Part shown: one piece after another, positions 14,686 to 28,100 of the stretch
Layout: each line of letters starts with the position of its first letter
Numbering within the stretch: position 1 is the stretch's first letter
Assembly (NCBI GenBank): GCA_032718475.1
Contig: JAUCBJ010002763.1
Coordinates: 1 to 64,000, forward strand
Origin: Nemertoderma westbladi
Taxonomy: Eukaryota > Animalia > Xenacoelomorpha
Direction: 5' to 3'
DNA: 64,000 bases
Program-made: the position numbers and the translations under genes
The notes under the pieces: generated by a model
Database searches by the model: none
Told to the model about the DNA's origin: nothing
The model's input: only the letters and a program-made list of their open reading frames with translations

Positions 14686-15658
14686 TTGGATCAGTACATG
14701 GATGTTTGGTTGTTTCACAGTCCGTGTTGGGGTGAACCAGTTGCTGAACAACTTTAGTGCCAGAGCCCATGCAGGTCATCCCTGTGTTGTTCGCTTTATG
14801 TTTCCTCCGAGTCCCATTGCTGTTAAATGCTACGCTTTTCGAACAAACATCACATGATGAGTGGCTGTAGGAGCCTTGGCTATAAACTATTGTGGATGTA
14901 TTAGGCTGGTCAGAAGTACATTTTAGTTGGTCGCCACTAATGGGAGTGGAGTTACTGATAAATGGCGCCACACCATCCCTGATATTATTGTCATTTTCTT
15001 TTCTGTGCCTTACAAGAACTGCCTCATTTTCAATTTCATTGCAAACACTTTCGCGATAACGTGTAACTATTGAGTCATCGAGATTGCTAAAAGATCGTCC
15101 ATTTAAAAGAATCGAGGCAAAGTAACAAACAAAAGCTCCACAGTTGTGGCCATTTTGCTGGATCTTTGGTAGCTGCATGACAATGCTAAGAAGCGGCTGA
15201 GTGATGTCGAAGTCGAGATGTATTTCGGCTATCCATCTCTGTAATAGTTCCAGTGATTCCTGAGTCCTCCATGCTAGCGAGTCAAAGTACCATAGCTGAC
15301 TGGTCTTTGGAGAGTAAACAGGCATAACCCAATGGCAGTTACTAATGTTGAAAGGGAAAAACAAAAAATCAAAGTCCAAAAGGTCAGACGTGGTTGAACA
15401 TTTCACACCTCGGAGTCCTTTATGCTTGAAAATCAACAAGAAATTGGAATTAAAGACCTTGGCCGAGCTACTTAATTTGGTACATAGGTTCTTAATGATG
15501 GCTTCAATAATGTTGTCTGTTAACCACTTGTCTTTTGAAAGTGAATAAATGTCATCTGAAGATATGTTCATCCCACTAAACCTATACAGATCTACTGAAC
15601 AAGGTGGTATATCATTTTGAAGTACACTGTCTGAAAGATCTATACATGTGTTGTTCAT
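14660..15658 (-). CDS. Ulp1/SENP-family (peptidase C48) cysteine protease followed by a Cys/His zinc-finger-like motif; probably a transposon-derived ORF truncated by the Helentron array
   Basis: WLTDNII, FFPFN..CHW, YFDSL and QQNGHNCG give the His-Asp-Cys triad and oxyanion Gln. CDVC..G....H......C.GS follows. The ORF is intronless, and its last codons and stop are read from the Helentron 3' hairpin. Confidence 0.8.
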   Translation of the reverse strand: MNNTCIDLSDSVLQNDIPPCSVDLYRFSGMNISSDDIYSLSKDKWLTDNIIEAIIKNLCTKLSSSAKVFNSNFLLIFKHKGLRGVKCSTTSDLLDFDFLFFPFNISNCHWVMPVYSPKTSQLWYFDSLAWRTQESLELLQRWIAEIHLDFDITQPLLSIVMQLPKIQQNGHNCGAFVCYFASILLNGRSFSNLDDSIVTRYRESVCNEIENEAVLVRHRKENDNNIRDGVAPFISNSTPISGDQLKCTSDQPNTSTIVYSQGSYSHSSCDVCSKSVAFNSNGTRRKHKANNTGMTCMGSGTKVVQQLVHPNTDCETTKHPCTDPIKDGIETP

Positions 15659-15707
15659 AATTAGTAGGTGATTGAGGAAAATGAATTATTAAAGCACTAA
15701 CTCAGTA

Positions 15708-16831
15708 TTATAATACAATGGGTTACATTATATAAAAGTAAATATATATTAAATTTTTATTTCATTTCAACCACTTACAGGAGCCAAATTAGCAAAAAAG
15801 TCAGACATTTTAAACCTATTTCAATGTGTTCAATATTTCCCTGGTACTCCTTTTTTCATAGTGATTAAATAGTATTTTATCTTATAATTTGTTAATAATA
15901 TAATATAATGTAATATATGGCTAAGAAATCATATGTTTCATATTAAATAAATTAAATATATACACAATAAAATACATCATATTATTTAAAATCGAGAACC
16001 AAATCAAACAAGAATTTCCAAAATCATTTATCTGGTAGTGGCGGTTTTTCTATAAAATACAGCCGTAGGGCTGTACGTACACAGGTTGGAAACCTTGGGT
16101 ATCCTGGTGCAATTTCTATAATGCTTTGTTTCTGTAACAGCGCCTTTGGACATCCAGCAACCACAACCACACAGTCCTCCACTACTGGTCTCCAATTATT
16201 AGCGATCCTGCATCTCTGTTGGTGGTAACCGTTTGAGACTAATTGGCCCCCAGAACGGAACGGCGGCGCACACCAGTATGCTGTGTCAGGCCTATGGGCC
16301 CATTATTACCGGGGATATCAACGGCCAATAGGATTGCAGTTGCAGAACTGTTTGGAGAAGCAACACCAAAGTTTCCAATAGAAGGCACGAGCCCTCCTAA
16401 TGTGGTCTAGTTGGGATATCTCAACTTTTTGCAGTAAATTATTGATTGTAATAGAACGCCCCACAGAGTGAATTGAAATAATTGGCAGGTTAATTCTTGG
16501 TGGAAAGTGCGATGTAACAGGTCAGCTGCTAACCTTAAAATAGTATTATCCCGAGGACCACTTGTACCCCAACTGATAGGCTCGGGGTAATCACCTTGTC
16601 CGATTATCGAGAACCTTCCGCAAAAGTTATCCTCATAGATGATCCACCTATTAATTGATCAAAATAAATGACATAACGAAATATATCTACGATTATTGAA
16701 TTAGATTTATTATGTCAATAATTATGATGTATATTATTTGCTGAATATCTTAATAATGATGGCGAATTTTTGGACATAATTATATTTAAGACATACTAAT
16801 TGTAATAATGTATGTATTAATATTATCATAT
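15708..16831 (-). repeat. About 1.1-kb dispersed repeat, copy 1 (copy 2 at about 40757-41861); degenerate TE fragment
   Basis: Near-identical sequence from ATTATAATACAATGGG to TATTATCATAT at both loci. The minus strand shows a decayed LKRLPPT segment followed by a Cys cluster. Confidence 0.85.
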
Positions 16832-17235
16832 GGGCCGAGTAAATTCACGCTGTATAAAAATAGCATATAGTATAGTACAGCAGTACTATGTACTATTAAT
16901 CTGCTATCTGCATCTGCTATCTGCATTCTGCTTGACCGTATAGCCGTGTTGGCTAATCTACATGACTGAGATTGGTAATAAATCGCTGGCCGGCGGTGGG
17001 GTGCCTGATGGCACTTCGCCGGGATCGGTTGGCGTGCTATCTGGTGTTGCTACACGATCACTTGTCTCTGTCTCTGATGTTGGTATTGGTGCTGAGATAG
17101 ATTCGCAGGTTACTGGTACCGGTTCGGGTACCGGTAGCGGTAATTTGGATTTCGGTAGTGTGGTTCAAGGACACACTCCAAGCGTCAGTTCAACTATTGT
17201 TAACTCGTGTCTATCTGCTGTGCTGCAGGGTATTA

Positions 17236-17460
17236 TGTGAATGTGCCATCCAGAGATTTGGTGTCCTCAGCAGTTAGAGACCAGCATGGACTCCCTTAGA
17301 GGAGTACTGGAACTACTGCTGCTCTAAATAATCGGACCTTAAGTTTCCGATTAATTCTCGGTGACTTCCAAATCCTGGAAAGCCTATTCAAGGCTGCCCA
17401 TGCCTTTCCCTTACGTATTCGAAGGTCCTCATCTGACTTCCGGATCCATGATCCCAGGTA
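17236..17460 (-). mobile_element. Inverted fragment of the RTE-like LINE (equivalent to about 27761-27984)
   Basis: The reverse complement matches TACCTGGGATCATGGAT...GGATGGCACATTCACA of the 26538-28377 copy. Confidence 0.9.
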
Positions 17461-18675
17461 CTGGGGCTACTTTTATTTTTCATCAAAATTATAAGTCCCT
17501 GCTTATGAAATTTTAACTTTTTAAGGTTTGGTAGTGTTCATCTATAGTTGTTTCACCAACAGCCCACATTTTGTTGGATTTCATTGGACGATTACAAAAA
17601 TATAGTGGGTGGGCCGAATCGCCCCCCCCCCCCCCCCCCAGTGGTGCTAATGGTCAAAACACCCCAGTGGTAATAGAGTTAATGTCATGCACTTCATTTT
17701 AGTTTATTTGAACCGAAATTGTGCTATATCATATTCTGACATTACGAACAACTGCAACTATAAAACTCAGTTATTCTTTTGGCATCCAGCCTTTCAGAAA
17801 CCACAAGCCACACTTTTCCATTTATTTGTTTTCGCTGGATTAAAGGCATTATTAATTGTCTCTACAAGGTGCGATGTGAAAATATATAGAGGTAGATCTA
17901 TTAGTTTCGTCACCATTAACCCTATTACCAGTGGGGGGAGGGGGGTGGGGGGGGCGAATCGGCCCCCCCCCCCCCCCCCTAGTTTTTAGTTTTTAGTTGC
18001 TGTAACTATGCAACCACATTACGTACCGGCCCAATTTTTATTGAGAATTAGCCAAATTTAATGCCGCAATTTTTGCAAAAAACGACGTTGCAATTGGATT
18101 TCTAATTTTCGATGTGGGTGCCACCTCAAAATTTGGTCTCCAGCACCAAATTTTTTGAAATTTTCCAATTTTACAAAGTCATTCGTGATTTAGTAATTAT
18201 TTATGTTTGGGCTATATTGATTGGTTTGGATCACTATAATGCTCTATACAAGTATGTAAGTGTAGTGGTACGTAATTTTTGGAGCACCAAAATTAGGGCG
18301 TGGCACTTCAAATTTTGAAAAATACGAGATTCGTAAAATACACTAAAGTTTTGATTTCGAAGCATTTTTATTGGTTTTCTGGAGCGCTGAATCGATTGAA
18401 AGTGATATAGAAGCCTGAAGACTTAGTTGGTCGACATTTTTGGTGCACCAAAATTAGGGCGTGGCACTTCAAATTTTGAAAAATACGAGATTCGGAAAAT
18501 TTACTAAAGTTTTGATTTCAAATTATTTTTAAAGGTTTTCTGGAGCGCTGAATCGATTGAAAGTAATATAGAAGCCTCAAATCCTTGGTGTACGTAATTT
18601 TTCGGTGCACCAAAATTAGGGCGTGGCACTTCAAATTTTCAAAATTACTTTATTCGGATAAAATACTAAAGTTTT
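17461..18675. mobile_element. Two piggyBac-like MITE ends (17461-17682 and 17916-18675); the second has three internal repeats of about 160 bp
   Basis: ...CAGTGGTAATAGAG-TTAA and TTAA-CCCTATTACCAGTGG... termini. CACCAAAATTAGGGCGTGGCACTTC recurs near 18286, 18446 and 18608. Confidence 0.6.
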
Positions 18676-18678
18676 AAG

Positions 18679-19070
18679 GATGCTACGCCGGGTTCATTGT
18701 GTCAAGTACAATGCCCACATCTCCAACCAGACACTATATAACATTGGAGGTGTCTCATTGGTTCCCCCAAGCTTGACACTAGAACAAAATCGCCTCCGCT
18801 TTGCAGGACATTGCTTTCGCCGTGAGGACCAGCCAGTGCATAATCTTGTACTTTGGCAGCCTCATGGAGTGAATAAGCATGCTGGACAGCCCATGACTTT
18901 CTTCAGACGCATCTTAAAGGACACTGGCCTTGAAGATGCGGATGATCTAGCAAATGTCATGGGTGATAGGGAGTTGTGGTGGTGCAATTTTGTCGATAAG
19001 CCGGCACAGCATTCTTAAAAATGCAGCTGCATTGCAGCATGCCGATCCTAGTATTAGTAGTAGTATTAAG
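18679..19070 (+). mobile_element. 3' fragment of the RTE-like LINE with a degenerate (TAG)n tail
   Basis: High identity to 27988-28377 and 44220-44610. Encodes RLRFAGHCFRR; ends ATGCCGATCCTAGTATTAGTAGTAG. Confidence 0.9.
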
Positions 19071-19135
19071 TAAGGGACCATTCCACCCCATCTAAAATTA
19101 ATAAATAATTAAGCAGCTATACAAGTAAGACTTAC

Positions 19136-22100
19136 CTGCCACATGTAACTTTTATAGATGATATCAGTTCGTGTTGGTGAGCATTTATAAAGCCACCGCT
19201 TGGAACTCCCCCACTAAGTGAGAAATATTCTCCTTTATAATCAATGTCATTGTAAAAGGTTATCAAAGGCGCTGAACAAGGCTCTTCAACCTAAACATAT
19301 AAATCAATAGAGTATATTAAATATTATATTGTATATTAATTATATTATAATTATAATATAATAATATTTTAAGAATTCAAAAGGTGACAACTTTATGACC
19401 AATCTCTAAAAATTTATTTTTTTATTATTCGTTTTCTCTAGCCAAATCTAGCGGGTTAGCCAAATCTAGCGGGTTAGCCAAATCTAGCGGGTTAGCCAAA
19501 TCTAGCGGGTTAGCCAAATCCCTGCGAAACACATACAAAAAAATTAATAAAAAATATTATTTTTCCATAATTGTGTTAAAATGGAGGAAAACCTTTTTAG
19601 AACATCATTGAAGGGTTGCTTTAAATTTTCAAATTTAAATTTTAAATTTTCAGAAAATAGTAGCGATTTTTAAGGGGGGGGGGGGGGGGGGGGGGGGTTA
19701 ACCCCCAGTCTTTTTTTTCATCATATTTTTTTTTAATGTGTTTTCCGATGTGAAATTTTATGGTAATTCCGAATTAGGACAGTAAAGTCAGAGTGTAGTA
19801 TTGGTACTGTAAGACTGTACAGTACACTATAGTTACGTTCACCTGTCACTCTGCTGCTCTGTTTACACCAGCTGCGCTGCGCCACTCTGCCACTTGCCTG
19901 GCTGTCACTGTTCAGCAATAGCACTAAGGAAGGTACTGTATGCCGTAATTCCTAACTGCCTACTGCTGTACTGTCAGACTGGACTGTGTACCCTGGTACC
20001 AGTAGGCTCTATTGTGCTAGAGGTCTTTTCATTTAATATGGGAAATACATCTGTCAGTCTGTGCATAACGGACCAGTACAGATGCAAATGCAGACAATTA
20101 AATGCTATTCAATGTTTATTGTTTTGATTCCCCCAATAATGGCCAAACAAGCCTCTGTTAGCTGCTCCTTTAAATGACAATGCAGCAATGGGTCTGGTCA
20201 GCCAGTTAACAGATCCGGCTGGCTGTCCGGTCAATTGAGCAATAATGGGTCCGTAGACCAAATACCAGTATATAGGCAGTCTGCCTATTGACAGATTGGT
20301 ACCAGCCTGCCATTACTGCATGTATGCAGGTACCTCCAACTGCCCAACACGCCTCTGTAACCTGCTCCTTTAAATGACAATTGGTCTGGTCAGCTGGTTA
20401 ATGGATCCGGCTGGCTGTCCAGACAATTGAGGTGGTTAGTTGGTCAGGCCACTTTGAGTTAAATAACTTTGGAAAATGTAAGGACCTCTAGCACGATACT
20501 CCCCACCCGTGTAGATATGATGAGTGAGATGTCTTCGAGTACGGAACTGGTACTTCCGGGGAACTGGTTCCGGGGGTACCGGTTCGCAGTTCTAATGTTA
20601 TTGGACTTATATTAGACGAAAATCTACCACTTATTGAGAATCCTGCCACTGAAAAAAATTTACTCGAGGCGGAGGGCAATCCTACCAGCCATATCGTACT
20701 AAAGTTCTGCTCATCTGGGAATGACGACCCTGACCAATCTCATTTAGATAAATGGCAGTGGATCTGGGGGGGATCGAATACCTTTAGTTACCTTGCAACG
20801 TTGCAATGGAAATGTACAGCCGTTAGTGAGTCTGAGAAGAAAATTGATGAAATATTTTTACTGCGAAAAGTCATTATTATAACAGACGGCGAGGGAATAC
20901 TTGGGAACAATTTCAACTCGATATTAATAACCTAATGGGAGACGAAATTATCCTTAAAATATGTAGCATAATATGGGAAGCACGTAAGTAAAGATAAATA
21001 CCGCAAAGTTCATACGAAAATTATAGATGTTCGGCGAACCAATTTGTATAGAAAAGTGTATTTTCATATGAACAAATTGATATTTGAAAAATAATGCTTA
21101 AACCCACAGCGCTTAAAATTTGTAAACTTCAATGTGCTTGAGCACACCCTAAAAATTGAGATATGATGCTCAAATTTTTTTTGGTGTGTTTTCTCATAGA
21201 ATGGACCCAATTGACACCCTGAGCGATCAAAAAATCACATTTTCGATTATTAAGAGCAACCCTAATGTTCGCGGCACCTCGGTAAATACAGATGTCGATA
21301 CCGGTACCAGTATTGTTGAATACAAATGGCATCAAGGGCGCAGGGATCCAGGGTCTCTACAATTGAATCCCATTAAACTTATACATAGATATGAAATAAC
21401 TACCACTGGGAGTACAATACCGGTATGAATGCACCTGCTAGTCCAATTCCAAAAGCTGCAAATGTTGCAACTGAATCTAGCCCTATAGTTATTGATTTAA
21501 TGGATTCTGGTACTGATGTGGTTGTTGGAGAGCTGGAAGAATCTCGACCAAACTACCAATGCCAATTTACCTCTATGCCTCGCAATGTGTCTAAACCATG
21601 GCAAAAAATTATAAGTCTACTCATTTTGCTATTATAGTACATGATACTACCATACTAAAATAGCTTATTGATTTTAGGCACACGTACTGGAGAGAAAAGA
21701 AAGGAAAGTGGCAGGTCCACCCAGATATAACTCAAAGCTGATTTGGATATTCTCAACAGATCACTTGAACTTAAACTCAGATAGTAACTTTGTAATGTTT
21801 AAAAGTTAAGCTTAGTTAGTTTATAAAAATATATCAGTACCAAACATTTCATTTGTGTTGCTTTCAAAAAAATACTCGCGATATTATTAGAAATCCCTTT
21901 GAATACAATATAAGTTCAACATTATAACAGAATTTGAAATCATTCTGAATAGTTTAATTAATTAATATATTTTCAAGTTGGTGTACATATAGTATAGAAT
22001 ATAGTAAATCCAATGTTTATAATTACATCAAAGATTCTAACTTTCGTGGCTCGCCACATCCCACATACAGTATAGCAGTTGCAGGTAGTGCTCTGAATGT

Positions 22101-25100
22101 TTCAGTTCGAATAAACATTTATATTTTCTACAGTTCCACTTTCGCAAATAAATTAGTTTCAGTTCAAGTTTCATAACAAGTATAAGTATTAAGTTTTAGT
22201 TTTGGGGAATGGATATGTTAATAATATTAATAGTAGAAGACGAGCTTAGGAGGCGTTCAGAAATGATGTCATGTTTTTTTTCAGCAAATTTTGAACCCCC
22301 TCCCCCTATGTCACAGTCGATAGTCGAGTAGCTGGAACAGCTTTCGAGCTGTTCAAGCTACACGCGGTCTCCAATCCCAAGAATAGTATATTATTCAAAC
22401 AAAATTACTTGAGTCTTTAAATATTTAATACTATATTATGTCTACAAAACAAATTTCAAGTGCAATGTTCAACTGTTTAGGGATATAGGAGGAAAAATAT
22501 ATATAATCGTCGTTATCATTACCAGGACATTCCTACTACAGTCTACAGAATAATAGAAGACCATTGTTCGGATTTTTTGTGTCTCATATTCTTACATTTT
22601 GCTGAGTCCGTTTCATCGATGATAGAACATCATTACCCAATGGAATTAAACTATCACTTTCACGATAATATCCAGGGTTGATAACGACTGATCTGCCTGT
22701 ATATGAGGAGATCCTGAAAGATTCGAAATTTATCAGTTAATTATAAAAATTTACTCATAAATATAATGATTAACTAAATATGATTTCAAGATAGTCTTGT
22801 TATGCTACTCAAAGGGGCAAACACTACCACAAAGTTGTGGTCGTATGACATTACCTGGTGTTAGTTATTTAAGAACCCACAACCTCCGAGAGATGTGAAT
22901 TCATTGTAACCACTACACCAAGGTCTCTCTCTTTAAATAAGAAAATGAATTGAATAATTAATTAAGTACACATTTTATAATATTTTAGTCAATAAATGTA
23001 AATTGATTAACTTACTCGAACAATTCCCATTGTCCACCAGTTACTATGGCAGACGAAGTGATGTCGCCGAAGTTCCCATGGTCGTTATTAGCATGTAGAG
23101 TTTCTTGAGTGGTTGTGGCTTTAAACATTCGTCCCCCATATGACGGGTGTTCAAACACAGCTATACCATCCTAAAAATGACAATACGAATATATATATAT
23201 ATAGTAGTGTGACATGTACTGCCACTATGACTAGGTCCCAAACCCAGTCAGTATCACAACGTGAGGAATAATGCTGTTGCCTGTCTGAATGCTTGTGAAT
23301 GCTTATCTGTTGCCATTATATTAAGGATAAACTTTTCGCAATTGAATTTAATAATGATCTATTGAAACTTACATTTGGCAGTGCCCTAACTGATGATAGT
23401 CTATTGTATAGGAATGGACTCCAGGCACCGCTATTGGCATATTCTCCTGGTCCAAGCACCTTGGACATACCATCAAAGTTACTTTCATATAGAACCCACC
23501 TATATGGAATATAATAATGTTATATGTTATTAAATGTGACGGGAGCCAACAGAGTTGGCAGTATCAGCTCCCGACCGGTATGTGAGTTGTACGCGTTGCC
23601 GCGTCCGTTAGCTGCTGAGCTGTCGATTTGATTGTGGTAATAATAGGCCGAAGGCCGTTGGAAATAAACTGAGTTTTGTTATCAGTATTAATAATCACAG
23701 TAATCGATAATAGCACAGTCTGAATATAATAGCACGCAATACAGCGGTTAGTGACGAAGGTCAAAACTGTTCCGGTCTCACAAGGTACATAAGGAAACCA
23801 ACTAAACTATTAATCAATAATCACAATGGTTATATCATTAACACATATTACATTAGCCATACACTACAGGGTGGCCTAGGTATCCAATAGATGCGCTCTA
23901 TTCACCCCCAATGTGCTTTCCCTCCCACTATTGGTTTAACCTGATTAATTGTCACCTCGCCACTCCCTGTTGCCCTTGTCCTTTGTGTGCTAGCCTTACT
24001 AGCTTGTTTGTCCCTCTGAGGTGGTTTGACCTCTCACCTCTCTCTGTGGCTTACAGCGTGTGTCACCCCAGTTGGTTATGAGGTGAGATTATTATTGCTA
24101 TTCTCACCTCGCCAACTATATTGGTAAAATGCCACTAATCCCATTTTCGGTGGGTAATGTACGGAATTTAAAGCTCACAAAATGTTTATAAGGGATTGTT
24201 ATGCTCATATAGTAATGAACTTATTATAATTCGAAGTACTTATTATAATTATAAATTATTTAACTTACATCCCACAATGAATACGAATACTCTTAACTGC
24301 ATCGTTGATATGACGTTTGTTAAAGGCATTGGTGTCAACATTTCCATTGGCATGAAGTGTCTGACCCTAAAATAACAATAACAATGGTAAAGTATTTTGT
24401 TGAAGAAATTTACTAGATAGACACCTATCTATCATAGGTAGCGATTAGCGGTTTGCATTTCTGTCCAACCTTTCACTTTCTCCACCAGCAAAGCAACATT
24501 CAAACATTGCTGTGTTAGCATACCAAATACGGAATTGTAATGGGATCAAACCCATCAAGGACCTCCCACCTCCCAGCAAGAAGAGTTACCACTACAACAG
24601 CTAAGGTGATAGTTTATGACAATATGAACTCCGATATTATAAGAAATATAACTAATTTGTCATATTTACCTTAAAGTCATCTTCTGAATAAAGAGTTATT
24701 TCATGAAGGCATCCACCCGGAGATTCTCCAGTTTTCTTTACAGATGATATTGTGTTGTCTCTAGTGGGTAACAAGGCGTCAAAACCTGGGTAGTATCCTG
24801 GTCTAAGTTCAACCTTTATGCCAGCATAGTTGGGATACCTATGGAGCAAAGTGAATGAGAAATAAAACAATTGATTTATAAATGGAAAAAGAGGAAGAAT
24901 GTGAATGGAGTTTGAACTAGCACTAAATGTCTTTCCGCTCTTTACACATCATAACGACCATGTATCAGTTAAAACCTGAATAGGTTCTTCTGAATAGGTT
25001 AGAACAAATTATGAGGACTAGTACCCCATTTTCTCAATTTCTGAATAAGTTTATCAGTCACCTAGCATTTTATTTCAAAATAAGCTCAACTACATTTAAA

Positions 25101-28100
25101 ACATTTGTCATATACGTGCGTATATAAACATATATAGTTATTTGGTTTTCATAGTTGATATTTTAAATGATAACAAATTATTTCAATGTCCCGCGTTATT
25201 TCAATGTCTTCACTACAGTATCTATATTCTGTTTAAAATATAATGTATAAGTATGTTAAAGTAGTATGTTAAAGTACAACAATTGATCAATAAATAAAGG
25301 AGTTATTCACATAAATATACTCACTCATAAAGGGTCCATGTTCCACTAACAACTATTACTGAACTGATTACATTGTTAATTATCGAATGATGAGTATACA
25401 AATCTGTGATATCCTGGTGTAGAGCCATCTGGTTTCCTTCATAATTCGGATAATCAAAGAGCATAATCCCATTCTAAGAACAAATTTAAGAAATGAGAAA
25501 TAAGATATGAGATTTAATAAATGAAATGTATTGTAGTAGAATGTTAGATAAGTTTCTTGAAAATGTTTATAGATTATTTACTATAGAAATAATTATATTT
25601 GTTTACCTCATAATTTAGAAAAGAGTTGAAATCGTTGCAGAAACTTGTTACAAGTATTTCCTTAGAGTGTTTTTTGTTTGTTTATTTTTGCTTATGCTTC
25701 AAATTTGTACTCAATTTGATACCCTTTGTCAATAAGAGTCCCATATATGACCACAGTTATATGTATCTGGACACCTATATTCAATTATCCATCACTTCAA
25801 TTCTGACACAACAAAATCTTTAACACTTAGTAAAGGTAGGTGGGAAATTATATCTAGTAGCCATTTTTTGTAAACTTATCCAAAGTAATTTTTTTAAACA
25901 ACAGTAAAGTTAACAGTTAACATGAAACACGAAATGAAGGAGACAAACCAACTCTCATCGTAGCTAACTTTAAGGTAGGGATATCACTAGACATAACTAA
26001 AATATGGCATCGATTGTATACTGCTGTGTTTGCATAAGCTCTAATGTCTCCAATGTCTTGCTTATGAGCACATATTTACATATTCACATATTTACAGCCT
26101 TTATTCTTAAAGATTTGGCGATGCAGGAAAACACAAATTCAAAATACCTCAAGTCCATGTGAGTCGTCATGTTGAATTCATAAAACAAAATAATGGAATA
26201 TGATGGATCCACAACATTCACTTCAGTTATTGTTTTCACTTCAGGTGGAGGCACAGGATAATCAATAGTTCTGTAGGCCTAGCAATAGTCCTTCAAAGAG
26301 TCATATAATTAGTCTTGATGGAGTCATAATTAGTCACCTGGCTGATGATAACTGGAAGTTTGAAACCTAAGTACCGGGTTCGAGCCCTATAGGAGCGGAT
26401 GATATTTTTTGCTAAGGTGCTCGTATAAATTTTATCTTCATTATCGTAGTTATGGACCACCATAGAATATGTTTCAGATTACATATTTACAGACAATTAG
26501 CTTCATTTTGATTCAACCCATTCTTAAGGCACTTGCCTCTGAGGCGGCAAGGAATGCAGTTAAGGCTGTATCTAGGTCCCTGAACAGGCAGCAATCTGTT
26601 AATCTACAGGAGCTAATAAACCAACAGGTTGATGCCATCAATGATGCTGACTGGTCGGAAAAGCCAACCAACCACCAAGGTTAAGGCTGAATCACCAGCT
26701 GAACTCCTCAATGGTTGGAAGGACCACTCTGAAAAGCTCCTCAATAACGACAGGGTATTGCCTGATAACTTTATAGAAGTAAATGTGTCTGTACTCCCAG
26801 ATATTCCCATTGGCAATATCTCCTTTGCAGAAGTGAAGGCTGCTGCAAAGAGCATTAAGACCAATCGTGCCAGTGGAGTAAATGGTGTTCCCCCTGAGGT
26901 CTTTAAAATACCTGAGTGTTTAAAGCTCATCTATCCCATCATAGTAGACATGTACTGAACAACAAGAGTCCCACAAGAAATGAAAACAAATAAGTTGGTG
27001 CCAGTTCCCAAGAAGGGCAACCTAACAATCTATGGTTTTTTTAGGGTAATCTCATTGATCTCGATTGCTGCAAAGCTATACATTATAATTCTATTAAATC
27101 GCATCAGGGATCCCATTGAGAGACTGCTCCGTGGAAATCAGAATGGATTCCGTAAAGGTCGTGGGACCATGGAACCCATTTTGGCACTAAGAATGATAAT
27201 TGAAGAGTTGTCAAAAAAGGATAATTAAAGAGTTATCAAAAAAGAAAGACAGGCATCTGGCTGTTATCTTTGTTGATTTCTTCAAGGCCATTGATTCAGT
27301 CTCTCGTTCACGTATGTTCAGCATACTTTCATTATATCCTGATGAAATTATTGCAGCAATCAGATCAGTATATGATGGTTCGACAACATTTGTGTCTACT
27401 GTTGATGGTGACACAGAACCATTTGAAGTGTTATGGGGCGTCATCCAGGGAGACACACTTGCACCATTATTGTTCATAATTGTGGTTGACTATTTTCTAC
27501 GCATGTCCTTAGATCGTCATAATGATGATGGGTTGATGATAACTCCACCTACTGGCTCCAGAAGTCGAGGAAATCCTGCCCAAGGGGGAGCCCAACGGCT
27601 CCTCAGCTCATTAGAACATGCTGCTTCTAGTGTTGGTCTTTTTATTAACTCCAGAAAGACCAAAATTTTGACAGTTAACTTTGAAAGTGCTCAGCAAGTC
27701 TCTGATCGGATGAGCATAAGCACAAAGGATGGTATGCTTGAGCATGTGGATGACTTCTGTTACCTGGGATCATGGATGCGGAAGTCAGGTGAGGACCTTC
27801 TAATACATAAGGGAAAGGCATGGGCAGCCTTGAATAGGCTTTCCAGGATTTGGAACTCACCGAGAATTAATCGGAAACTTAAGGTCTGATTATTTAGAGC
27901 AGGAATAGTTCCAGTACTCCTCTATGGGAGTCCATGCTGGGCTCTAACTGCTGAGGACACCAATTATCTGGATGGCACATTCACAAGAATGCTATGCCGG
28001 GTTCATTGTGTCAAGTATAATGCACACATCTCCCCAACCAGACACTATATAACAATGGAGGTGTCTCATTGGTTCCCTCCCCCAAGCTTGACACTAGAAC

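Noticed and set aside
26147-26270. Possible extra exon (TIDYPVPPPEV...SIILFYEFN)
   Set aside because: Its phase 2-2 ends do not fit the phase-0 join of 28549 to 25473, and I found no stop-free continuation.
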